Assembly: GCA_031364845.1 (NCBI GenBank)
Contig: JANLWX010000075.1
Coordinates: forward strand, 1 to 64,000
Origin: Candidatus Eiseniibacteriota bacterium
GTDB taxonomy: Bacteria > Eisenbacteria > RBG-16-71-46
Direction of reading: 5' to 3'
DNA: 64,000 nt
Shown here piece after piece: positions 1 to 8,907 of this stretch. The position numbers and the translations under genes are program-made. Position 1 is the first letter of the stretch, and each line of letters starts with the position of its first letter. The notes under the pieces were generated by a model. It searched no databases. It was given only the letters and a program-made list of their open reading frames with translations, and was not told the origin of the DNA.

Positions 1-141
1 TTGGTGTTTGTGATCCGTCCTTCGATGGCGGCCTTCACCGGGCCCAATCGCTGGGCATCTCTGACTCCCATGAGTAGTTCTTTCATGGGGGGACATAATC
101 ACGTTGGAGTTACAGGGGGTCATTCTTACTTTGGAACAGCA
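1..141 (-). mobile_element. Left end and 5' part of an IS (ISNCY/IS1202- or IS481-like transposase), truncated by the window edge
   Basis: Minus strand has two tandem 27-bp imperfect repeats (141-115 TGCTGTTCCAAAGTAAGAATGACCCCC; 114-88 TGTAACTCCAACGTGATTATGTCCCCC; 18/27 identical). ATG at 86 follows and reads MKELLMGVRDAQRLGPVKAAIEGRITNT, resembling ISNCY transposase N-termini. Lower GC than the flank. Confidence 0.6.
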
Positions 142-299
142 GCTCAGGGCGACCCATCTTGTGACGCCGTCACGTCGCGGATAGACTCGCGCAATCCCGA
201 CTCGATTCTCCTCGACGCCGACGGCCACGCGACGCAGGCAGGGAGTCGAAGACCTTCTCCCCTGACGACACGATTCGCGGCCGACGACAAGGATGGAAC

Positions 300-1022
300 A
301 TGGCAACGCAGATCAACCGTGGCTTCGCGCTCACCTGGCTCGGTCACAGCACCTTCAAGCTGGTCACGCGCGGCATGAAGACAGTGCTGATGGATCCGCT
401 CGTCGAAGGCAATCCGGCGTGCCCGCGCGAGCACAAGACGCTCGACAAGCTCGACGTCATGACGATCTCGCATGGTCACAGCGACCACATGGGCGACGCC
501 GTCACGCTCGGCAAGAAGCTCAAGCCGACCGTGGTGTGCAACTACGAAATCCACCTGTGGCTGCAGAAGAAGGGCGTGGCCACCACGTCCGCGATGAACA
601 AGGGCGGCACCCAGGAGGTCGCGGGCCTCAAGTTCACGATGGTCCATGCGCTCCACTCGAGCGGGATCGAGGACGGCGGGCAGGTCGTCTACGGCGGCGA
701 GGCGTGCGGGTTCGTGATCACGCTCGAAGACGGCACCCGCATCTATCACGCGGGGGACACGTGCGTGCATTCCGACATGGCCCTGATCGGCGAGTTGTAC
801 GCGCCCGAGATCGCGCTGCTGCCGATCGGCGACCTCTACACGATGTCACCGCGCGAAGCCGCCGTGGCCGCGCGCATGCTGAAGCCGAAATACATCATCC
901 CGATGCACTACGGAACGTTCCCGGCGCTGACCGGCACGCCCGAAGTGCTGCGCGAAGAGCTGAAGAAGCTCGGAGTCGCGAGCGAAGTGATCGCGATGAG
1001 ACCGGGCGAAGTCTTGTCCTGA
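300..1022 (+). CDS. Metal-dependent hydrolase, metallo-beta-lactamase fold (UPF0173-like)
   Basis: WLGHS, ISHGHSDHMGD, YHAGDT, LPIGD and PMHYGTF motifs. Confidence 0.92.
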   Translation: MATQINRGFALTWLGHSTFKLVTRGMKTVLMDPLVEGNPACPREHKTLDKLDVMTISHGHSDHMGDAVTLGKKLKPTVVCNYEIHLWLQKKGVATTSAMNKGGTQEVAGLKFTMVHALHSSGIEDGGQVVYGGEACGFVITLEDGTRIYHAGDTCVHSDMALIGELYAPEIALLPIGDLYTMSPREAAVAARMLKPKYIIPMHYGTFPALTGTPEVLREELKKLGVASEVIAMRPGEVLS

Positions 1023-1092
1023 GCACACGGTTGAATCCGAGAAATCCGAGTGAAGGGCGACGCAGCCCACGCAGCAATCGGGCTTCGCGGAC

Positions 1093-2310
1093 TCAGCCGC
1101 GTGGGATCGAGAAGACGGCCGCCATGTCGTACAACGCATGCACCGCCATCGCGACCGACGTGTTCGTGCGCTTCCGCAGCAGGCCGAGCAGTATGCCGAG
1201 CAGGAAGATCACGGCGACGCCGAACCACGAATACTGCACGTGCAGCGACGCGAACAGCAGCGCCGTGGCGACCACGCCGAGTTTCGGCTGGAGCGCCCCG
1301 CGCATCGTGATCTCCTCGCCGATGCCGGCGCTCAGTCCCAGCATGATCGTGCCGGCGATCGTGAGCCGGCCACCGATCGCCGCACTGACGCTCTGATCCT
1401 CGAGCCACAGCGCATGGAAGAAGGTGCGCTGCAGCCAGTCGGCTCCGCCGTTGAGCGCGAACAGTCCGAGCACTCCCAGCGCGATCACGAGCACCTGCGA
1501 CGCCGTGATCGGGCGGATGCCGAGACGTTCGAGCGCCTCGCGCGCGTTGCGGCGCAGCATGAATCCCACCGAAGCGAACGCGAGCATGATGTAGCCGATC
1601 AGCCCGGTGCCGAGCGAGGCGCCCGCGAGCAGTGAGTCGATCTGTGCGGCGAGCGAATCGAACAGCGTACGGATCGCGAACCAGCCGGGGATCGCGAACA
1701 GGAGCGTGAGGAACACCATGCGCGCCGCGAGCCGCAGCGTGCGCGACGGCGGATCGATGCGGAACATCCACGCGGCGAGCGCGTTCGCGAACGGGCGGAA
1801 CAGCGTGAGTCCGCTCGCGATCGCTCCGCCTACGCACATTCCGGTCAGCAGCGATCCCCACGGTGCTGCGAGCGGCGCGCTTTCCAGCATGTAGGCGAGC
1901 GAGATGAACGCCGCCACTCCCGCGACCGGCACCACCCACGACAGCATGAAGTACAGCATGCGCCACTGGCGATCGAGGTCCGCAGCCTGCGCGGCGACGA
2001 ACAGGCCCGCGATCGAAGAGAGCGCGGCGAGTTCGTCGAGATGGAGCAGCACGCCGCCGAGCCCCGCGGTCACCAGCACCGCGAACCAGATCGTGAGCCC
2101 GCGCGTGATGCGGACCCAGCGCGCACCGTCGAAGTCGGTGGCTTCGCCGGAAGTCTCGGAACCCGCCTGCGCGTTCATCGGGAAGTCCGCGAATGGAGGC
2201 GGGGAGCTTTCCGTGAGCGAAGGCTCGCTTTCCGGAGGCTCTGCCGCAGCGGGCGACGATGCACCGGGCGGGCGAGCGTCGGGTGAGGGCGCCGGATTGT
2301 GATCGTGCAT
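1093..2310 (-). CDS. CPBP (CAAX/Abi) family intramembrane metalloprotease
   Basis: Multiple TM segments; GEEITMRG, LFASLH and HALYD motifs; start taken at ATG 2310. Confidence 0.85.
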   Translation of the reverse strand: MHDHNPAPSPDARPPGASSPAAAEPPESEPSLTESSPPPFADFPMNAQAGSETSGEATDFDGARWVRITRGLTIWFAVLVTAGLGGVLLHLDELAALSSIAGLFVAAQAADLDRQWRMLYFMLSWVVPVAGVAAFISLAYMLESAPLAAPWGSLLTGMCVGGAIASGLTLFRPFANALAAWMFRIDPPSRTLRLAARMVFLTLLFAIPGWFAIRTLFDSLAAQIDSLLAGASLGTGLIGYIMLAFASVGFMLRRNAREALERLGIRPITASQVLVIALGVLGLFALNGGADWLQRTFFHALWLEDQSVSAAIGGRLTIAGTIMLGLSAGIGEEITMRGALQPKLGVVATALLFASLHVQYSWFGVAVIFLLGILLGLLRKRTNTSVAMAVHALYDMAAVFSIPRG

Positions 2311-2345
2311 CGCGGCAGCATAGGATCTCGTGCGAGGAGCGTCCA

Positions 2346-2591
2346 ATGAACGTGACGGTGTTGTTGTTCGCCCAGGCGCGCGATCGCGCGGGCCGCGGGC
2401 GGCTCGATCTGGATCTGGAACCGGGCAGCCGCGTGAGTGACGCGCTGCGCGAAATCGCGCGCGCGCATCCCGGGCTCGAGCCGCTGTGGCCGCACCTGGC
2501 GGTCGCCGTCAACGGCGAGCTTTCGGCGCCCGACATGCCGCTTGCGGAGGGCGCGGAGCTGGCGTTGCTGCCGCCGGTGAGCGGAGGTTGA
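2346..2591 (+). CDS. moaD: Molybdopterin synthase sulfur carrier subunit
   Basis: MNVTVLLFAQ...AVAVN...LLPPVSGG with C-terminal GG; GAGGA RBS; near moaE. Confidence 0.9.
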   Translation: MNVTVLLFAQARDRAGRGRLDLDLEPGSRVSDALREIARAHPGLEPLWPHLAVAVNGELSAPDMPLAEGAELALLPPVSGG

Positions 2592-2593
2592 GG

Positions 2594-3331
2594 ATGTGGG
2601 GGAAGCGCGCGGCGGGCACATCGCGTGGCGTTGCGGCGCGACGAGCGCGAGCTTCAGACGCCATCTCCGTTCGCATCGAATTCCACGCCGCGACTCCGGA
2701 GCGCTGGGCGGATGTCGAAAGCCTGTTCGGACCGCGCGGTGCCTGCGCCGGATGCTGGTGTCAGTGGCCGCGCCTGCGCGGCGCCGAGTTCAGCCGCGGC
2801 AAGGGCGAGTCGAACCGCCGCGCTCTGAAGCGTCAGGTCTCGGGCGGGTCCGAGCCGGGCATCATCGCCTACGTCGATGGCGCACCCGCGGCATGGTGCG
2901 CCATCGCCCCGCGCGAGTCCTATCCCCGCATCGCGAACTCACGTCTGTTCGCGGACCATGCAGCAGACGCGCGCACGTGGTCGGTCGTGTGCTTCTTCGT
3001 CGCGCGGGAGCATCGTGGGCGCGGGCTCACCGTACAGTTGCTCGACGCGGCAGCTGCGCACGCGAAGCGCAACGGCGCGCGGTGGCTCGAAGGCTATCCG
3101 GTGGACTCGGGCACGAAGCGCGCTGCCGATGCCTTCGTGTGGACCGGGCTCGCGTCCGCGTTCGCCGCGGCCGGATTCACCGAAGTCGCGCGGCCGTCGC
3201 CGACGCGTCCGCTGATGCGCCGTACGCTCGGACGCGCGTCCGCAAAAATAGAGGTCGCCGCCTCCCGGAGCACGAAGCCTTCGAAGGCTTCCGGACCCTT
3301 GCGGTCTCCAAGAGGACGCGCGCGTGGCTGA
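2594..3331 (+). CDS. GNAT family N-acetyltransferase
   Basis: GCWC, WCAIAPRE, VCFFV..EHRGRGL and LEGYPVD motifs; start uncertain. Confidence 0.85.
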   Translation: MWGKRAAGTSRGVAARRARASDAISVRIEFHAATPERWADVESLFGPRGACAGCWCQWPRLRGAEFSRGKGESNRRALKRQVSGGSEPGIIAYVDGAPAAWCAIAPRESYPRIANSRLFADHAADARTWSVVCFFVAREHRGRGLTVQLLDAAAAHAKRNGARWLEGYPVDSGTKRAADAFVWTGLASAFAAAGFTEVARPSPTRPLMRRTLGRASAKIEVAASRSTKPSKASGPLRSPRGRARG

Positions 3332-3761
3332 GCTCGTTCACGTCCCGATCGACTCCGGGCAACTCGCGCGCGCCGCGGCGCGTCCCGACTGCGGCGCGAT
3401 CGCCCAGTTCCTCGGCACGACGCGTGATCATCATGCCGGCCGCCGGGTGGCGAGTCTCACCTACGAAGCGTACGAGCCGATGGCGCTTGCGGCACTCGCG
3501 TCGATCGAAGCCGAAGCCGTCACGCGCTTCGGTGTGGCGTCGTGCAACATCGTCCATCGGCTGGGCGAAGTTCCGCTCGCCGAGAGCAGCGTCGCCGTGA
3601 CGGTGGCTTCGGCCCATCGCGTTGCCGCGTTCGATGCGTGCCGGTGGGCGATGGACGAACTCAAGCGCTCGGTGCCGATCTGGAAGCGCGAGCGCTTCGA
3701 GGACGGAGACTCCGAGTGGGTGGAAGGCTCGAAGCTCGGGGCCGGCCCCGACAGACCCTGA
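3324..3761 (+). CDS. moaE: Molybdopterin synthase catalytic subunit
   Basis: GAIAQFLGTTRD, YEAYEPMA, HRLG, SAHR and PIWKRE motifs. Confidence 0.93.
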   Translation: MAELVHVPIDSGQLARAAARPDCGAIAQFLGTTRDHHAGRRVASLTYEAYEPMALAALASIEAEAVTRFGVASCNIVHRLGEVPLAESSVAVTVASAHRVAAFDACRWAMDELKRSVPIWKRERFEDGDSEWVEGSKLGAGPDRP

Positions 3762-3801
3762 GGCGCTCGCATCGTCGCGCGCCGCGCCTCGACCGGCATC
3801 G

Positions 3802-6288
3802 CTACTTGCGCCCCGCCCGGATTGCGTACACATGCGCTGAGTACGGCCGCCATGTCGCGGCCAGCCGTGATCCGGCGAGTTCGCCGGGCGCTTCGAACGG
3901 CGCGTCGGCATCGACACGCGTGAGGGCGGGTACTGCGGGCAATCCGCTCAGCTGCACGCTGCCCTTCAGCGTTCGCCCCGAGCTGTTGACGATCGTGACG
4001 TAGTGCGCAGTACCGAGCCGCCGCACCGAAGCATCCAGTGCGCCGTCCGATTCGCCCGACACCGTTGTCGCGGGCGTTTCGCGCGAAGCCCACACCGCCT
4101 CGAGCCCACGCAGTTCGCGCACGAGTTCGGTCAGTTCGACCCACTTCCATTCCGATCCCGGGGTGTGGTGCAGATAGTCGAACGAGAACGCCCACAATCC
4201 CTGAGCACCGTGATTGAGCGCGAGGAACGCCATCGCGCGCATCTCGTCGCGCGTCGGATAGCGGCCGGGCCCGGGATCGCTCGAGGGCCAGCGATGGTCG
4301 ATGTCGGTCGCATAAGCCTGGAACGCGAACTGCCAGCGCTCGCCCGAGCGCCGCGCGCGTTCGAGCGCGGGAATGATCGCGGCCGGTCCCTCATAGGGAA
4401 TCGGATACTTGTCGAGGATCGCGATGTCGAAGCCGCCGCGATAGGGATAGTCGGCGCCGAGCCAGCTCGCTGCGATCGTCACCGGATGCAGGCGATCTTC
4501 CGCGCGGATCGCCTCGCACGCCGCCGCGAGGATCCTCGGCTCCACTCCCTGCATCTCCGGTTCATCGAACAGGTACCATCCTCCCACCGCCGGATGCGCG
4601 CGCAAAGCCCGCACGCGATCACTGACGTAGGCGAGATCCCCGGCCTTGACGCGCGCGGCATCGAATCCGACCCATACCTTGATCCCGGTTGTGGCGGCCG
4701 CGTCGAGGTAGTTGCGCACATCCGCGGTGGAGTTGTTGGCGATGCTGCTGAGTTGATAGCTCAGGACCCGGCTGAACGCCGTGCGGCCGCTCGTGAGAAC
4801 ATCGTCCGGAGTGGTGACGCCGAACAGCCCGAGGTCGAACTGCGCTTGGATTGCCGGCTCCGCGCCGGGCCGCGCAGCGCGTGCGGGACGCGTGCCCGCC
4901 GCCGAAATCCCGAGGCCCGCCGCCGCCGTCGAAAACACGAAGTCGCCGCTCGAACCCGCAACGCCGTTGGTGCTCTTCAGCAACACTTTGGCGTGATAGC
5001 GCCGGTTGGGCGTGAGTCCCCGCACGGTGAACGTATGGCGAGTGCCCGCGGTCGCCGAGTGGCGCGAAACGCCATAGCTCGTGTTGGCACCCCACGCCAG
5101 CGAAGCACGGACGCGCATGTCGGTGTCACACACGACCGTGACTCCGCCGTGGGCGGGCTCGACGGTGAGCCGGGTCACCTGGGGGCGGCGAGGAGCATGG
5201 CCCCCGAACGAAAGCGCCGTGGGCTCGAATGTGATCGGGCCGTTGCCATTGGTCTCGATGCGCATCGCGACGGTTTGCACCGAGTCCCATCGCACGCGGC
5301 TGAACCAGTGCCGCAGGAATCTGCTGCGCGGGATCGCGAACTCATTCCAGCCGCGTTCGAATCCGCTCACCGACGCCATCGCGTAGTCGATGCCATCGCC
5401 CGTGCGCGCGAGCAGCGACAACCGTCCGAGGTTCTCCGGCGCATCGATCCACACGCGCAACGCGAGTTTCCATTCCTCATCGGGCAGAGCGACCGGCAGC
5501 TCGCGCTCGATGAATCGCACGCTGTTCGGAGGAATCGTCATGCGCACGCCGGTGTCGGTCGATGACGTCTGCGAGGCCGTCATGCGCCCCATGCCCTGCC
5601 ACGCATCGCCGGGAAGGAACGTGGAGAGCAACCCCGAGGACCGGCGGCCGCGGCGCGTGACCGGCTGCGGCTCGATGCGAACCGACGTGAGCCACGTATC
5701 GCCGGCGACGGTGTCGGCAAGAAAACCGAGCCATGGCCCCGAGGATTCCGGATCGCGCGGCATCGGGATCGTCGCATCGGTGCGGAACGACACCGAGTAC
5801 GCGCGCCACACCCGGTCGAGTTCAACGCTCCGGCGCAGCCCGAGGTTACGGTACGGCCGGTACTCCTGTGCGAGTGCCAGCCGCAGCGCGCGCGGTGACG
5901 ATGCGCGCGCGCGGAAGCGCAGCACGTACGCGGTCGAAGGTTGCAGACGTTCGAGGCCTCGATTCTTCCACACGAGATTCACGTGCCACGCGGGCGGTTT
6001 CGCCGTGACACGGTTTACCTGCATGCGCGCGGCGATAGGAATGTCGGGGGCCGGCCGCGTCTCGAGCGTGATGCGATTCGCGGGATCGCTGACCGCGGTC
6101 GTCCATCCGGCGAGGCCCGAAGTGAAGTTGCCGTTGTCGATCGTCGCCCGTGCCGGGGAGGCCGCGGTGATCGCGAGCGCAACGGCCACACCAAGAATCG
6201 GAATGGTGACGGCGCGGGCTCGAGTAGCAGCCGCGCCCACGCGCGCGCGACGGTCGAGTCGCGCCCCCAAGGTCTGCCTCGTATTCAT
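3802..6288 (-). CDS. Secreted multidomain glycoside-hydrolase-like protein (CBM-like domains, FN3-like domain, C-terminal TIM-barrel-like domain)
   Basis: Signal peptide; NGNFTSGLAGW CBM-like start; HTFTVRGLTPNRRYH FN3-like; WYLFDEPE catalytic-like motif; ATGA overlap with the queG stop. Confidence 0.65.
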   Translation of the reverse strand: MNTRQTLGARLDRRARVGAAATRARAVTIPILGVAVALAITAASPARATIDNGNFTSGLAGWTTAVSDPANRITLETRPAPDIPIAARMQVNRVTAKPPAWHVNLVWKNRGLERLQPSTAYVLRFRARASSPRALRLALAQEYRPYRNLGLRRSVELDRVWRAYSVSFRTDATIPMPRDPESSGPWLGFLADTVAGDTWLTSVRIEPQPVTRRGRRSSGLLSTFLPGDAWQGMGRMTASQTSSTDTGVRMTIPPNSVRFIERELPVALPDEEWKLALRVWIDAPENLGRLSLLARTGDGIDYAMASVSGFERGWNEFAIPRSRFLRHWFSRVRWDSVQTVAMRIETNGNGPITFEPTALSFGGHAPRRPQVTRLTVEPAHGGVTVVCDTDMRVRASLAWGANTSYGVSRHSATAGTRHTFTVRGLTPNRRYHAKVLLKSTNGVAGSSGDFVFSTAAAGLGISAAGTRPARAARPGAEPAIQAQFDLGLFGVTTPDDVLTSGRTAFSRVLSYQLSSIANNSTADVRNYLDAAATTGIKVWVGFDAARVKAGDLAYVSDRVRALRAHPAVGGWYLFDEPEMQGVEPRILAAACEAIRAEDRLHPVTIAASWLGADYPYRGGFDIAILDKYPIPYEGPAAIIPALERARRSGERWQFAFQAYATDIDHRWPSSDPGPGRYPTRDEMRAMAFLALNHGAQGLWAFSFDYLHHTPGSEWKWVELTELVRELRGLEAVWASRETPATTVSGESDGALDASVRRLGTAHYVTIVNSSGRTLKGSVQLSGLPAVPALTRVDADAPFEAPGELAGSRLAATWRPYSAHVYAIRAGRK

Positions 6289-7499
6289 GGATGACTTCCG
6301 GCGAGGATTCCACTGGCCGCCGCCGCTTCCTCGCGAACGAACGCATCGCCGTCCCCGCACGCACCATCCAGCGCGGCCAGCGCCTGCGCGCGCCGTGCGT
6401 CGGTTGCGGGCATGCGGCGTGCGATCTCTCCCAGCGCCCACGCCGCATGTCCGCGCACCAGCGGCTCGGCATCGCGTATGACGAGCTCCGCCAGAGCCGC
6501 CACCGCCTCCGGATTCCCGCGATTGCCGAGCGCGATGCAGACGTTGCGCACGAAGCCCGCACGGCCGGTGCGGCGGATCGGGCTGCCCGCGAACAACGCG
6601 ATGAACGTGTCATCGTCGAGCGTGAGGAAGCGATCGAGCGTCCAGCCTTCGAGCGAGCGCGCGTGCAGTCGCGTTTAGCGCGCAGCGGGCGCGAAACGGT
6701 TCCACGGACACACGTCCTGGCACAGGTCGCAGCCGAAGATCCAGTCGCCCATCAAAGGGCGATGTTCGCGCGGGATCGGGCCGCGCAGCTCGATCGTGAG
6801 GTACGAGATGCACAACCGCGCGTCCACCTGGTAGGGCGCGACGATCGCCTGCGTCGGACATACGTCGATGCAGCGGCGGCAGGTTCCGCAATGCTCGCGC
6901 GGGAGCGGGGGATCGGGTTCGAGCGCGCGATCCACCAGCACTTCGCCCAGCACGAACCACGAACCGATGCCGGCCGACAGCAGCCCCGAGTGCTTGCCGA
7001 TCCATCCGAGCCCCGCGCGTTCCGCCCAGCCGCGCTCGAGGATCGCTCCCGTGTCCGCGTACCACAACGGGCGCGCGCCGGGCAGCAGTTCGCACAGTGT
7101 GACTTCGAGCGCGCGCAGCAGATCGCGCATCACGCGATGATAGTCCTCACCGCGCGCGTAGCGCGCGATGCGGCCGAGCCGCGCATCGCGATCGGGATCG
7201 GCGTGTGGCTCATACGACAGCGCCACGCACAGGACGCTCTGGATCGCGGGGTAGACGCGGCGGATGTCGGCGCGGCGCGCGCGATGCTTGTCATTCGCGA
7301 GCCACGCCATGCCGCCGTGATGGCCGGCGGCGAGCCATGCTTCGTAGTGCCGGATCGCTTCGAGCGGCTCGACCCGCGCGATGCCGGCCGCGGAGAACCC
7401 CAGCTCATGTGCCCGTGCCTTCAACAGCGCAGAGACCGTCGCGGTGCCGGTCGTCACGAGGGGCACGTCGTGAGTCGCGTCCGCCGCGCCCTCACGCAT
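6285..7499 (-). pseudogene. queG: tRNA epoxyqueuosine(34) reductase interrupted by an in-frame TAA at 6675-6677
   Basis: IARYARGEDYH, GLGWIGK, CGTCRRCIDVCPT and FGCDLCQDVCPWN motifs. The same frame resumes after TAA with RNVCIALGN and a HEAT-like tail. Confidence 0.85.
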
Positions 7500-7504
7500 C
7501 GTGC

Positions 7505-8515
7505 TCAGCGCACGCGCGTGGTGTCGCGTCCGCTGCGCCGCGGCGCCTGCGGCGCCGGCGCCGCCGAGCCGCGCCGTTCGGGCACGCCGATCGGGCGCAC
7601 TACCTGAACCCGCGGGCCGACGAATCCGCGGTCCTGGATCGATCGCGCCTCACGGGCGGCGCGCTCCGCGGCATCCCGCGTCGAGTCGGGCGACGTCACA
7701 TGGCGCAGCGTGCCGGACGAGCCCGGCGTTCCGAGTCCGTCGCCGCGCGACGTTCCACCGAGCTGCGGGCGGCGCGCCGCTTCCCGATCGCGCAAAGTGG
7801 CTGCGTCGCCGGGAAGCACGAGGTCCTGAACCCGCGTGAGCTGCAAGGGCCCCGTCTTCTCTTCGACCCACCGAATGTCGGGGCCGCGGTTGATGCGCAC
7901 GCCCTGGATATCGGCGGTGTTGTCGACGCGCCGCGGATTGCGGATCTGGGTTGCCGCGGTCGCGGGATCGAGGATCTTCGTGCTCATCGCGGGCGAGCCC
8001 ATCGCGCTCACCGGGACATAGTTGAACGCGCTGGTCGGAAGATTCGAGTACGACCCGCCGCGCGGATACTGAGGCGCCCAGCCCACGTATTCGTCGGTGG
8101 TCTCCCAGTTGACCCACGCCGGTCCCCACTCGGTGCCCGGCACCCACACCCAGTTCTGGAATCGGTCGTAGAGCCAGGTGCCGTAGTGATAGGTCGCCCA
8201 CCCGAAGGGCTCGGACGATATCCACGTCCAGCCGTAGACATCGGTCGGCGTCCAGAACCCGTCCTCGAACGGGCGCCACGCGACCGGGTTCACGCGCGGC
8301 CGGAACACATAGCCGAACGGCTCGATCAGCACCCAGTCGCCGTATTCACCGAGCGAATCGTAAAAAATGCGGTACTCGGGCAGCAGCGAGGCGCGCGCGG
8401 CCGGCATCGACTCGCGCTCCGCGACGATGGACCCGGCCGCGCACGACATGAGCGCAAACGGGAGCACGACGAGAGTGACGAACTGGGCGACACATCGGAG
8501 CGGGGATCGGTTCAT
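7505..8515 (-). CDS. DUF6600-like Trp/Gly-rich putative lipoprotein
   Basis: Lipobox-like LMSC; YGDW...WRPF..G.W...GWTWIS.EPFGWATYHYG.W...WVWVPG.EWGPAWV pattern. Confidence 0.75.
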   Translation of the reverse strand: MNRSPLRCVAQFVTLVVLPFALMSCAAGSIVAERESMPAARASLLPEYRIFYDSLGEYGDWVLIEPFGYVFRPRVNPVAWRPFEDGFWTPTDVYGWTWISSEPFGWATYHYGTWLYDRFQNWVWVPGTEWGPAWVNWETTDEYVGWAPQYPRGGSYSNLPTSAFNYVPVSAMGSPAMSTKILDPATAATQIRNPRRVDNTADIQGVRINRGPDIRWVEEKTGPLQLTRVQDLVLPGDAATLRDREAARRPQLGGTSRGDGLGTPGSSGTLRHVTSPDSTRDAAERAAREARSIQDRGFVGPRVQVVRPIGVPERRGSAAPAPQAPRRSGRDTTRVR

Positions 8516-8907
8516 GGGCGGGTGCCAAAGATCGGTCTGGAGGAAGTTCGTTCAGGCGGGAGCGTTGACGACGAGCTTCCGCCGGGGAGGGAGCGTGAGT
8601 CAAGCGACAGCCACATGGAGCGTTTCGAAGTCCCGGACCCGCCAACGCAGGATTCCGTCTTCGGCAGGCGCGTTCCTTGCGAAATACCCTGCGTCGCGCC
8701 CGATTTGGGCGCAAAAGTGAAGCGATTGCCGACACCCGTGAAAAAAGGAATTTGCCATGCGTCGTGCCACCTATCTCGCTCTATTATTCGCCCTCGTCCT
8801 GCTGCTGATGGATTCCTCGGTCCCGAAATCCACGCACTCGGACGCACACGCGGCGAAGAGCGGAGCCGCGGTCCGCAAATAATTCTAAGCCTTCGCGGGG
8901 CGCGCCC

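Noticed and set aside
160..175. TGTGA-N5-TCACG CRP-like site
   Set aside because: The spacer is 5 rather than 6 nt and there is no supporting context.
6675..6677. Stop-codon recoding (Sec/Pyl or alternative code) in queG
   Set aside because: The codon is TAA, not TGA or TAG, and TAA terminates other genes in the window.
8750..8772. TGGCAC sigma54-like element on the minus strand
   Set aside because: The -12 position reads GG rather than GC at the required spacing.
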